NCBI GenBank assembly: GCA_030681475.1
Contig: JAUXWT010000061.1
Location: forward strand, 6,610-70,609
Direction of reading: 5' to 3'
From: Bacteroidales bacterium
GTDB lineage: Bacteria; Bacteroidota; Bacteroidia; Bacteroidales; FEN-979
DNA: 64,000 nt
Shown piece after piece: positions 46,417 through 58,100 of this stretch. Made by a program: the position numbers and the translations under genes. The number at the start of each line of letters is the position of its first letter. The stretch's first letter is position 1. Under the pieces are notes generated by a model. The model did not search any database, was not told the DNA's origin, and saw nothing but the letters and a program-made list of their open reading frames with translations.

Positions 46417-49287
46417 TTAATTTTTAATGCACCTCACGGGAAAGGCGCTGGCTTTGGAACTGTTATACTTCGAAACAGAGGTGTTAATCGTATTTACTCC
46501 CCGTGCAACAGGGTTTGTGCCGGCAAGGGTCGATGTCCAGAACATGGTTACCGACGGACTCCCTGTTGTGAATGACCATGTATTGTTTTGATAGTATATT
46601 CCGTTAAACATAGCATTGAATCCTGTTTGAAAGGCAAGATAACTCCCGGCAAGCCCATCACCCGGTGTCGTATTTGGAAGTTTGTCGATCAAATTCTGCC
46701 ATTCCGTGGCGGTGGGAACATGCCAGCCGCCAGGACAAATATCCTGAAACATGTAGTTCTCCTGATAGCCCATGATCTCGCCCCATTGATAGTACCCTCC
46801 TGAAGAACCGCATTGCGCTGCTATATTTTCCTTGCAATATTTTTCAAGGGTACAATTATCGGTTTGAACGATTTTGTGATCGGTAAAAGTCCCGTAATTT
46901 AAATTTGCCGACATCCAGCATCGCGCATTCACTCCTGACCCCTCCAGAAATGTCGGATAAATTTTCCCATCACGATGATCTTTAACTGTTCCGGGACATG
47001 GATCATTTGCGTTAGATGCGTAAACCGAGATCGTAATTGTTTTATCATCGTAACAACCCTGTGAATTTGTGTAGCGGTATGTTACCTGATGAACAACGCC
47101 GACAGATGGAGTGCCGCCAATTACGCTGCTGTTCCCGGGATCGAAAACATAGCTCCCTGGAGCTGCCATGATGACACCGGTGCCGAAGTATTCCCCATTT
47201 GCGCCAATCGGACTACCGCCCTTCAACATGATCGGACGGCTGTTTTTTGTGGTAGCGATGCTGTTGCAGACAGTAAATCCTACGGTTGGAATCGGCTTGA
47301 CATTAATGGGGAAAGGTGGAGACGGCATTCCATCCCCGCATGCGTTTTGTGCCTTTACAGTGAGGATCCCCGATGTTGCAGTTACTGAAAAATCAATGAT
47401 CAGATCAGTCCCGTTGTTGGTCATGGATATACCTGTGCCGGTATATGACCAAATGTAGGTCGATGCATTGGGAATGGCGTTGACGCTGTAGGAGAATCCG
47501 GTTTGATTCTGACAAACCTCATATCCTGTGGTACTTACAATTGTACCTGCATCCCCGGGAAGCGGGTTGATTGTAACCGCCAGGGTGGACGGAGTGCCAA
47601 ATCCGCAAATTACATTATGGCCCTGAACACTTATGGTTCCGGAGGCAGTGGCTGAACTGAAGTCAACTGTGATGGAATTTGTGTTAGCTCCGGCTGTAAT
47701 GGTGGCACCGGCAGGCAGCGTCCACGAATAACTTTCCGCCCCCGTGATGGGAACGATTGAATAGGTTATCCCCGTAACTGGAACGCAAGTTGAATTTAAG
47801 CCTGTTATTATACCGGCCGGGCCAGGTACTGTTCGCACCTCGACCGTAATTTCTTTGGCTGCAGATTGATTACAGGCATCGGTGACAGTTACCGAATAGA
47901 GGTGGATCCCTGCAGGAGGTGTTACTGTAATTGAGGCAGTGGTGGCAGTGTTACTCCACACGTAGGTATAGGCATTGGCCGGTAATACCGGTTGACCTCC
48001 TGTAATGGTTGGAGTCAGTGTTGTGGATGACCCGATACATATTATTACATTATTTATATTGACGGAAAGCGGACTGAAATCTTTAATAGAAAATTCGGAA
48101 GTGACAACAGTTGTGATACCGCAGGTGATTGTGGATCCTTCAATGATCAGATTTTCAACCGGTTCTGGCAATCCATCAGAAATGGGGATGATCAGTATCG
48201 GCGTTGATTGAAGTTGCCCTGCGGGGATGGTCACGTGTGATGGAAAAGGATTAGGCAGAATATCAGCCTGGGTAGCAGTTCCAGCAGATTGGATAGCGAC
48301 ATCAACGGTCAGATCTGTTGTATGGGGCTGTGGGATTGAATAGACAAGTGAAACATCACTGCAACCCTCAACCAGCAACTGTCCGGTTAGCGGGTTTGAA
48401 AAGGAGACGGAACTGGTTACATTATTGCTGGTAAAACTGTTTTGTTCAAGGAATACCCCCGAATCAAGAACACCATCGGATGCATCCCCGATGGCAAACT
48501 TCATATGGTAGGTTTGATTGCATGCAACCGTGTAACTTGCCGTGAAAACATAGGTCAACCGGTTATAGGAAAAGTAGTCCTTTTTCACGTTCCACCAGGA
48601 ATAAACCCCATTACCCAGATTGCCTTGATCTGCCGCACAGATATTGAATATCGTCACATAATTTGTACTGTTTGGCAGCAGGGCAATATTTACAGCATCG
48701 TTAACAAAACCAAGCCCGCCGGCGATACCCGGGCCGCTTAAAAAAAGACCGAAAGCATCGTTGATAGAGCTGCAAAAACTATCAAATTCAATGGATCCGA
48801 ACACATACCTGAAGGTTACAACATCAGTTTGGGGAACAAAGTCAAATTCAAGAACCGATTTATCATGAATGGTATTACCGGCAAGGATGACCAGATCAGG
48901 GTCACTTTCCGCGGGCTGGCTGTTTCCCCACATATCGTCGCTGGGATTGGATCCGGCTTTGGCTTTCCCAACAAATCCGGTTGACAGGATTACCCCTCCG
49001 TCAATTCCCAGTTGGGATGCTGCTCCGCCGGTATTCGCAAATGATCCGATTTGATCCCTGGCCTTGAGCGGAAGACGATTTGTACTGTTCAACGGCTCGG
49101 TTGACCCGTTGTATTTTGCATTGGAAATGGTAATACCGGCGCCGACCAGGTAGGTCTCAACAAACTGCTGTGGGGTCAAACTTATTGTTGATCCTTGCAC
49201 GACAGTTAGCTGCCCCCACGATTCCAGCGGAAAAACAAATACAAACAACCAGAACAGGTTGAAATAAAAGATTAGCTGGACTTTCAT
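46417..49287 (-). CDS. Large secreted protein: choice-of-anchor-L-like domain, Ig/PKD-like repeats, C-terminal FISUMP (Fib_succ_major) module
   Basis: GVILSTG, VLEFDF, HMKFAIGDASDGVLDSGVFLE; tail CWMSANL..GGYYQW..ICPGGWHVPT..EW..FWTST..FPVRCIKN. Confidence 0.82.
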   Translation of the reverse strand: MKVQLIFYFNLFWLFVFVFPLESWGQLTVVQGSTISLTPQQFVETYLVGAGITISNAKYNGSTEPLNSTNRLPLKARDQIGSFANTGGAASQLGIDGGVILSTGFVGKAKAGSNPSDDMWGNSQPAESDPDLVILAGNTIHDKSVLEFDFVPQTDVVTFRYVFGSIEFDSFCSSINDAFGLFLSGPGIAGGLGFVNDAVNIALLPNSTNYVTIFNICAADQGNLGNGVYSWWNVKKDYFSYNRLTYVFTASYTVACNQTYHMKFAIGDASDGVLDSGVFLEQNSFTSNNVTSSVSFSNPLTGQLLVEGCSDVSLVYSIPQPHTTDLTVDVAIQSAGTATQADILPNPFPSHVTIPAGQLQSTPILIIPISDGLPEPVENLIIEGSTITCGITTVVTSEFSIKDFSPLSVNINNVIICIGSSTTLTPTITGGQPVLPANAYTYVWSNTATTASITVTPPAGIHLYSVTVTDACNQSAAKEITVEVRTVPGPAGIITGLNSTCVPVTGITYSIVPITGAESYSWTLPAGATITAGANTNSITVDFSSATASGTISVQGHNVICGFGTPSTLAVTINPLPGDAGTIVSTTGYEVCQNQTGFSYSVNAIPNASTYIWSYTGTGISMTNNGTDLIIDFSVTATSGILTVKAQNACGDGMPSPPFPINVKPIPTVGFTVCNSIATTKNSRPIMLKGGSPIGANGEYFGTGVIMAAPGSYVFDPGNSSVIGGTPSVGVVHQVTYRYTNSQGCYDDKTITISVYASNANDPCPGTVKDHRDGKIYPTFLEGSGVNARCWMSANLNYGTFTDHKIVQTDNCTLEKYCKENIAAQCGSSGGYYQWGEIMGYQENYMFQDICPGGWHVPTATEWQNLIDKLPNTTPGDGLAGSYLAFQTGFNAMFNGIYYQNNTWSFTTGSPSVTMFWTSTLAGTNPVARGVNTINTSVSKYNSSKASAFPVRCIKN

Positions 49288-49335
49288 CCTTTCACTGACA
49301 ATAAAAAGTACTGTAAAGTTACATAAAAAAACAGA

Positions 49336-52131
49336 CTAATCCTTAACGCACCTCACGGTGAATGCATTTGCCCTGGAACTTTCATATTTCGAAACGGAGG
49401 GATCGATTGTATTGAGCCCTCTGGCGATAGCTTTATTGCCGGAGATGGTAGAAGTCCAGAACATCGTTGCAGAAGGGTTTCCGGAAGTGAATGCCCATTT
49501 ATTGTTCAGGTAATAGATTCCTTTGAAAAGGGTATTAAATCCGGTGAGATAGAGGAGATAACTCCCTGCAATTCCTTCCCCTGGGGTTTTACCTGCAACT
49601 TCATCGATCAGAGTCTGCCATTCAATTGACGTAGGGATGTGCCAACCCGGTGGACATAAACCCTGCGTGCCTTCCTGATCACTGTACTGCATCACCTCAT
49701 CCCATTGGTAAAAACCACCCGATGTGCAGCCGCCCTGCATAGATGCGTAACAATATTTCTGAGGCTGGCAGTTATCAGTCTGTGGTGTAGCAGGGTCTAA
49801 CTCATTGCCGTAGCTCAAATCCTGGGCCATCCAGCATCGCGTACCAGACCAATAGGTGTTATAGGATTTATATGGAGTTGGTGTTCTGACATCTTTCAGG
49901 GGAAAGAGGGGATTTCCACACTGGAACTGTGGAGGAGTTATTATCGAAATAACCTTTGTATCCTTTGCGGGGCAATTGAAGTTATTAACGTATGTATAAG
50001 TGATCATGTGGGTTCCCACCCCGGCAACGGCGGGGTTGAACATGTATTCTCCGGCTACCGGGGTCACGCCTGTTCCTGAATAGACCCCGGTTGGTCCAAG
50101 TGGGGTTCCTCCATGCAGTATAAATGGTTTTGCTATCGGAATTGTCACCAGGTTGAAACAGGTCATCAGGGTGACCAAGGGTTTTGGATTGATCAGAATA
50201 TCTTTCGTTTTGGATTTTTGGCAGCCGTGAATTGTTACGCCGTCCAGTTTAAGTTGGGCGGGTCCTGTACCAGTCCAGTTGACATCAGCTACATGTGGCG
50301 ATCCGGGGACAGGAGTGACCGTACCTTTGCCGGTATATGGCGGGGGGATGTTCCATGTATATGTTGTCAACGGGTCGGCAGGAACCTGATATTGTGAAGG
50401 AGTCGGATAATCCTGGCATACCGACGCAGGCACAACCGGACCTGAAAAATCGACAAAAGGAACAGCATTGACCTGAATATTCTGAGACATGGCATTGGTA
50501 CAACCGTTCAGATCGGTGAAAGTATAGGTTATCGAGTGATTGCCGACACCTGCTGTTGCAGGATAAAAACTCCCGGCAACAATTCCGGTGCCTGTATAGA
50601 TACCCCCGATTGGAGATGCAGCCAATAGTGGAAATGGCGCAATATCCTCACATACATCGGGAATGCTGTTAAAGGTGATCACCGGCGTTGCATTTACAAC
50701 GATAGATTGTGTTGCCGAGCTTGTGCATCCGTTCACATCGGTATATGTATAAGTGATCGTATGAGTTCCAATACCGGCATTAGCGGGATCAAACACCCCA
50801 CCCGCTACACCTGTACCGGAATAGGTACCTCCGGACGGAGTTGCGGTTGAAAGAGGAAATGCGGCGTTATTCAAACAAACTTCGTTGAGGGCCGGAAAGT
50901 TCACTTCCGGCAAAGGGTTTATGGTAACAGCCAATTGCGAGGTAATTCCCGGTGAAGGGCAGGCGGCGTTGGTGCCATACACTTCAATAAATCCTGATGT
51001 TGCAGTGGATGAAAAGCTGATCGAGATGAAAGGATCACCCGGATCAGCCTGTACAATGGTCACGCCCGGTTGTGCCGGGTTATAACTGAAGTGATATTCT
51101 TCCGTGCCGGGATTGGGTACAACTGAAATAGTCTGACCAGTTGTTCCTGCACAGAAGGTCTGCGGCCCCATGGTGAATGTCAGCGGCTGCGCACAGGTTG
51201 ACTCGGGTGCGGTGAACTGGTGGGTAAGTGAACAGTCCGGGATTTCAGAGAAAACAGCCGTGAGGAGGTGGGGTAACCCGTCACATGGAATATTCGTCAG
51301 GATATATGGCAATGGACTTGTGAACGTGGGATTGAATACCTGGGAGACAGGTGGGACAGCCGTATTGTCGGTTATTGTCAACGTACCCGTGGAGGGTGCA
51401 TTGGTGAATTCAATGTTTCCTGAAACCGAGAAGGTATTTGAACCCGGGTCACATACCGTAGAATTTGCAGTAATCGCGATCACAGAGCAATTGGTAACGA
51501 TATCACAGTCTGTAAAACCAGTCCCCCCGGTCTGCGAAAAAGTGATCATCCCTGGCAGTGTGCTGTAGTTTGTTATGAGAAGAATATAGATCTCGCCAAC
51601 CTGGGCATTCATGATATTACAGGTCTCAATAGCAAACGAGGAATAACTGCAGTCGGTAATGTTTCCTTTCGGATATATACAGCCCGGTGTTGTGTTGCTA
51701 CAACACGGGTCAAGTGGTTTAGGACATGTCCCTGTAAGGCCATTGGCACATCCGTCGGTAAGGCTTGAAAATGGCCCCCAGCAAATAAAATCAACATCAT
51801 GATTGTCTGACTGTGAAATGGTGATAATGATATCACCAGCCACACTGACCTGCATATAATACCAAGCCGGGCAAGGTGTCGAATTAAGGCAACCGTAATT
51901 CGGATAGCCACCTACAGCAGGGGGAGCTGTTCCGGAGGTGCCTGCGGGAAATGAATAGGTGTTTTCAGAGCAGGAAACCTGGGCGCCTGAGCACTCAAAA
52001 GTACCTTCTAACGGGGCATTTTCCTGGTTTGATTGTGGTGAAGCTTCCGCCTGATAAGAATTGAACAATAAAAAAAATGGCAGAAAGAGACCTTGCAGGA
52101 AAAACAAAAAAAGATTTTGTTTCTTCTTCAT
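49336..52131 (-). CDS. Large secreted protein: Cys-rich N-terminal domain (paralog of the 21635 N-domain), Ig-like repeats, C-terminal FISUMP module
   Basis: NYGCL..PAWYYM..DVDFICWGPF..YILLITNYS; tail GLCPPGWHIPT..FWTST..FTVRCVKD. Confidence 0.82.
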   Translation of the reverse strand: MKKKQNLFLFFLQGLFLPFFLLFNSYQAEASPQSNQENAPLEGTFECSGAQVSCSENTYSFPAGTSGTAPPAVGGYPNYGCLNSTPCPAWYYMQVSVAGDIIITISQSDNHDVDFICWGPFSSLTDGCANGLTGTCPKPLDPCCSNTTPGCIYPKGNITDCSYSSFAIETCNIMNAQVGEIYILLITNYSTLPGMITFSQTGGTGFTDCDIVTNCSVIAITANSTVCDPGSNTFSVSGNIEFTNAPSTGTLTITDNTAVPPVSQVFNPTFTSPLPYILTNIPCDGLPHLLTAVFSEIPDCSLTHQFTAPESTCAQPLTFTMGPQTFCAGTTGQTISVVPNPGTEEYHFSYNPAQPGVTIVQADPGDPFISISFSSTATSGFIEVYGTNAACPSPGITSQLAVTINPLPEVNFPALNEVCLNNAAFPLSTATPSGGTYSGTGVAGGVFDPANAGIGTHTITYTYTDVNGCTSSATQSIVVNATPVITFNSIPDVCEDIAPFPLLAASPIGGIYTGTGIVAGSFYPATAGVGNHSITYTFTDLNGCTNAMSQNIQVNAVPFVDFSGPVVPASVCQDYPTPSQYQVPADPLTTYTWNIPPPYTGKGTVTPVPGSPHVADVNWTGTGPAQLKLDGVTIHGCQKSKTKDILINPKPLVTLMTCFNLVTIPIAKPFILHGGTPLGPTGVYSGTGVTPVAGEYMFNPAVAGVGTHMITYTYVNNFNCPAKDTKVISIITPPQFQCGNPLFPLKDVRTPTPYKSYNTYWSGTRCWMAQDLSYGNELDPATPQTDNCQPQKYCYASMQGGCTSGGFYQWDEVMQYSDQEGTQGLCPPGWHIPTSIEWQTLIDEVAGKTPGEGIAGSYLLYLTGFNTLFKGIYYLNNKWAFTSGNPSATMFWTSTISGNKAIARGLNTIDPSVSKYESSRANAFTVRCVKD

Positions 52132-52143
52132 AGGTATATTCTC

Positions 52144-55100
52144 CTAATCTTTCACACACCTCACCGGAAAGGCATTGGTTTTTGCGCTTTCATATATCGA
52201 AACCGAGGAGTTGATCGTATTGAGCCCCCTGGCGATGGGTTTATTTCCTGAGAGTGTGGATGTCCAGAACATGGTCGCCCCGGGGCTGCCGGCATCAAAG
52301 GCCCACAGGTTATTCAGGTAATAGATCCCTTTGCGCAGCGAATTGAATCCTCCTGCTGCTTTGAGATAACCTCCTGCAGTTGCATCTCCGGGGTTCATAT
52401 TTGCCACTGCATCGATCAGGTTCTGCCATTCATTGATTGTAGGTATATGCCATCCCGGAGGGCAGGCGCCCTGGTATGGGGCCTGGGTAAGTGCATATTG
52501 GATAAGCTCATCCCATTGATAGAGGCCGCCATAAACAGTGCAACCTGCATTATCTGTGGTCAGGCAGTACTTTTCATTGATACAGTTGTCAGTTTGAGGC
52601 TGTGGCTGGTTCTGGGAGGGAAAAGTCACCGTGGTACCATACCGAAGGTTCTCAGCCATCCAGCATTTTGCATTGATCATAATGGTACGGTAAGTATTAT
52701 TGTCTCGTGGATCGGTAAGCAAGCTTACCCCGCATGGATAGCTGACATTCGACGTGAGTACCGTGATCGTTTGAGGGATAGAGGAGGCTTTGCAATTATT
52801 CACGGTGGTGTATGTATAATAGATGGTGTTCGAACCAAGAAACACTGCGGCATCACCCGGATTAAATATGTTTCCAGGAAGGGCGGGGGCGGCCGGATTG
52901 TTTAAATGATATGTTCCGGTGGCTCCATATGGGCTTCCTCCTTTTAAAATGAAGGGTTTAGCATTTTTAGTGGTGACCAGGTCATTGCAAAATGAATAGG
53001 AAACGACCGGTAGCGGATGGACTATGATAGACAGGGGGGCAGACACGGGTCCATCCCCACATTCATTATTTCCGGTTACAGTCAAAGTGCCATTGGTTGC
53101 AGTAGTTGAGAATGTTATGCTGATAGCCGGTGTTCCGTTACCCACAATGGACACGCCGGTACCTGTGTAGGCCCATTTATACGAGGTTGCATTCAGGATT
53201 GCGGGAACAGAATATGACTGGGTGGATGTTTTACAAACACTGATTGGTCCGGTGATCGCACCAGGGGTAATTGGCCAGGGCTTAAAGGAAACGGGAAAGG
53301 TCATCGCTGTTGCAGTACAACTTACTCCTGTATATACTATGGTTTCAGTAAGATCAACGAACACCGGTGGCGTGTTTGCCCATAGAACTGAGACCGTATT
53401 TTGACCCAGCGGTAGTTGGGCTGTTCCACCTGTAATGGTCCATTGATAAACATTGCCGGTTGTTCCGGCAGAATATACCTGGGTGGAAAATCCACAGATG
53501 GGGGTCAAAGGGCCAGTGATCACCGGGCTGGGGTTTGGATTAACAGTAACGGTGAGGGTCGTTGGTGTTACAGCGGTACAACCGGTGGAACCCACCGTAT
53601 AATTTACTGTGATAATGTAGGTCCCGGGATTCAGCCAGGTCATGGTAAATTGATTGTCGGAGGAACCTCCCCCGGTAAAGGTACCTCCTGCTGCCGGGAT
53701 ACCCCAAACATAGGATGTCGCCGATGCATCGGTATTGTACGTTTCAATATCCCCCACACAAACATGCGTTTCTCCTGTCAGTGTTGGGGTAGGGAGATCC
53801 TGAACATTAACTGTGTAAGAGGAGGCCACATTGGCTGTACAGCCATTCGCATCGAAATAGTTAACAGTCAGGGTTTGTGGCCCGATGACATTCCAGGCAA
53901 CGGTAATTTCGTTGATTCCCGGTCCCGGAACAAAGGATCCACCTGCCGAAATGGTCCATTGATAGTTTGTCATACCAGCCTCAGTAAAATAAATTAATCC
54001 CGTGGTACCTGAACAAACAGAGGGGGCCCCGGTTATTTGCGGGACAGGCAATGGATTTACCGTAATTGTAAATGATTTTGCGGTACCGACGCAACTGACT
54101 GATTGATTTGTGAATGTCGGAGTGACCGTTATGGTGGCGACAACCGGTGTGGAACCAGTATTGACAGCGATAAACGAAGCAATATTTCCGGTACCGGATG
54201 ACGGCAGACCGATCGTGGCAGTATTGTTTGTCCAGCTATATGTCGTGGTACCAATCGTATTGTTGGTTCCAAAAGTGACAACACTGGTCATGACGTTGTG
54301 GCAAACTACCAGGTTTAAGGGATTGTTCACTTGTCCTGACGGGTTCACTGTGATGGTAAAGATTTCTGCAGGTCCAATACAACTTTCAGATAAATTTGAA
54401 AATGTCGGGGTCACCGTGATGGTGGCTACTACCGGTGCGGTGCCGGTATTGACGGCAGTAAAGGAGGGAATATTTCCGGATCCGGCGGCTGCGAGACCAA
54501 TTGATACTGTATTGTTTGTCCAATTATAAGTTGTAGTGCCCCCGGAATTATTCGTATTGAAGTCGACATCCCCGGTTGATGTATTGTTGCAAACAACCAG
54601 GTCGGTTGGATCGATCACCTGACCGGTCGGGTTCACCGTGATCGTAAAATTTTCTGTGGGGCCAACACAACTTTCTGACAAATAGGTAAATGTCGGAGTA
54701 ACAGTAATTGTGGCTACCACCGGCGTTAAGCCGTTGTTGACGGCGTTAAAGGAGGCAATATTACCGTTGCCTGAAGCAGGCAGGCCAATCGAAGTCGTGT
54801 TGTTGAGCCAGTTATAAGTGGTTGTGCCGACCGTATTTGTTGTTCCAAAGGTGACAGCAGTGGTGAGTGCGGTATTGCATGCAACGAGATCGGTTGGGTC
54901 GTTCACCTGACCTGTTGGATTTACGGTGATGGTAAACGTTTTTGCAGGACCGACGCAACTTACCGATTGATTGGTAAATGTCGGAGTAACGGTAATTGTG
55001 GCTACCACAGGCACAGTGGTGGTATTGATAGCTGTAAAGGAAGGAATATTGCCATTCCCGTTGCCTGCAAGGCCGATAGAAGTGTTATCGTTAGCCCAGC

Positions 55101-58100
55101 TATAGGTTGTCGTGCCTCCGCTGTTGTTCGTCCCGAAGATGACATCTGTTGTATTTGCGTTGTTGCAAACTACCAGGTTCGCTGGATCGATCACCTGGCC
55201 TGATGGATTCACCGTAATGGTGAATGTTTCAGAAGGTCCCACACAGCTTAAGGAAAGATTTGTAAATGTCGGTGTGACTGTTATCGAAGCCGTTACCGGA
55301 GCGGTCGTGGTGTTTACAGCAGTAAATGCAGTAATGTCACCCGTTCCGCTGGCTGGAAGCCCAATGGAGGCTGTATTGTTAGTCCAGCTATATGTTGCTG
55401 TACCACCGGTATTGTTCGTGCCAAACGTGACAGCGGTGTTGGTGCCACCATGACAGACAACCAGGTCGGCCGGATCGATCACCTGTCCCGTTGGATTCAC
55501 AGTTATATCAAAGGTCTCGGACGGGCCGACACAACTTTCTGACAGATATGTAAAAGTTGGAGAAACTGTGATGGTAGCCACTATCGGCGAGGTTGTAATG
55601 TTAACAGCAGTAAATGCAGCAATATTCCCTGTTCCGGATGATGCAAGCCCAATGGAGGCTGTATTGTTAGTCCAGTTATATGTTGTTGTACCAACAGTAT
55701 TATTCGTACTGAAAATGACATCGGCGCTTGGGTTGGCATTGCAAACAACCATATCAGGCGGATCGTTCACCTGTCCTGACGGGTTCACCTTAATGGTAAA
55801 GGCTTCTGCTGGACCAACACAATTTTCAGATAGATTGGAAAAAGTCGGAGTAACCGTGATAGTGGCTATCACCGGGGCAGCGCCGGTATTGATGGCAGTA
55901 AAGGAAGCAATATCACCGGTTCCGAATGCAGAAAGTCCGATCGTTGTATTATCGTTTGTCCAGCTATAGCTCGTTGTCCCGCCGGTATTGTTCGTTGCGA
56001 AGATGACATCCGTAGTAGATGCGGCGTTGCATACAACCAGGTCGGTTGGATCGATCACCTGACCGGTCGGGTTCACCGTTATCGTAAAAGTTTCTGCGGG
56101 GCCAACACAACTTTCTGACAAATAGGTAAATGTCGGCGTAACAGTAATTGTGGCCACCACCGGCGTTAATCCGTTGTTAATGGCGGTAAAGGAGGCAATA
56201 TTATCGTTGCCTGAAGCAGGCAGGCCAATCGAAGTCGTGTTGTTGAGCCAGTTATAAGTGGTTGTGCCGACCGTATTTGTTGTTGCAAAGGTTACAGCGG
56301 TGGTGAGTGCGGTATTGCATGCAACGAGATCGGTTGGGTCGTTCACCTGACCTGTTGGATTTACGGTGATCGTAAAAGTTTCAGGAGGGCCGATGCAACT
56401 TTCTGATAAATGCGTAAACGTTGGAGTGACTGTAATGGTTGCTACTACCGGCATGGTGCCATTGTTGATTGCGGTAAAGGAGGCAATGTTCCCGGTTCCG
56501 GTGGCAGACAAGCCGATGGAGGTGGTGTTGTTTGTCCAGCTATAGGTCGTAATACCAACGGTATTGTTCGTTTCAAAGTTAACATCCGGGGTGGGCCCGG
56601 CATTGCAAACAACAAGGTCTGTTGGATCGTTCACTTGTCCCAATGGGTTCACCGTGATGGTAAATGTCTCCGGAGGCCCCTCGCAATTAACCGAAAGGTT
56701 GGTAAATGTGGGAATTACTGTGATCGTGGCAATTACGGGCGCAGTTGTGGTGTTGACAGCGCTAAAGGAGGCGATATTCCCGGTTCCGCTGGCTGCAAGT
56801 CCAATTGAAGTCGTATTATTTGTCCAGCTAAACGTTGTCGCACCCCCGGTATTATTCGAACCAAAAGTGACAGCAGTATTTGTGCCACCATTGCAAACGA
56901 CCAGGTCTGTCGGATCAATCACCTGTCCGGTCGGGTTTACGGTGATCGTAAAGTTTTCAGGCGGCCCGACACAGCTTTCTGAAAGATTGGTAAAGGTAGG
57001 GGTAACGGTGATGGTAGCTACCACGGGCATTGTTCCAGTGTTGATCGCTGTAAAGGAAGGAATATTGCCCGTTCCGGTAGCTGTTAAGCCGATTGAAGTT
57101 GTATTGTTTGTCCAGTCGTAGGTTGTGGCACCAACCGTATTGGTTGTTCCAAAAGTTACATCCGTGGTAAGCCCTTCGTTGCATACAACCAGGTTTGTTG
57201 GATCGATAACCTGTCCAGACGGATTCACCGTAATGGTAAATATTTCCGGCAGGCCGGTACAACTTACGGATTGATTTATGAAGGTTGGCGTAACTGTGAT
57301 GGTTGCCACCACAGGGGCTGTTGTGGTATTTGCCGCTGTAAATGAAGCAATGTTCCCGGTGCCGCTTGCAGTAAGGCCGATCGAAGTTGTATTGTTGGTC
57401 CAGCTATAAGTTGTACTGCCACCTGTGTTGTTTGTTGCAAATGTAATGTCAGCAGTAGTTCCGGCATTGCATGCCACAAGGTCAATTGGGTCGATCACCT
57501 GTCCGGCCGGGTTCACTGTGATGGTAAAGGTTTCCGGAGGACCAACGCAACTTTCCGAAAGGTTGGTAAATGTCGGTGTAACAGTAATCGTGGCCACCTC
57601 CGGCGAGGTGCCGGTGTTAACGGCGGTAAAGGAGGCGATATTCCCGGTTCCGCTTGCAGCAAGTCCGATCGAAGTGGTGTTGTTCTCCCAACTGTATGTT
57701 GTTGTGCCGACTGTGTTGTTTGTTCCAAAGTTTATAATATTGGTAATACCATTATGGCATACAACCAGATCGGCCGGATCGATCACCTGTCCTGAGGGGT
57801 TCACTGTGATCGAAAAAGTCTCAGCAGGGCCGACACAACTAACTGATTCATTAGTGAATGTGGGAGTTACGGTGATGGTTGCCAAAACCGGAGCTGTCGT
57901 GGTATTTGCAGTAGTAAAGGAGGAAATATCCCCGGTTCCGCTTGCTGCAAGTCCGATAGAAGGCGTTGAGTTAGACCAGCTATAGGTTGTGGCGCCGCCT
58001 GTATTGTTCGTTCCGAAGATGACATCAGAGGTTGTGCCTGCGTTACAAACGACCTGATCGGCAGGATCGATGATATGTCCTGAGGGGTTAACCGTGATGG

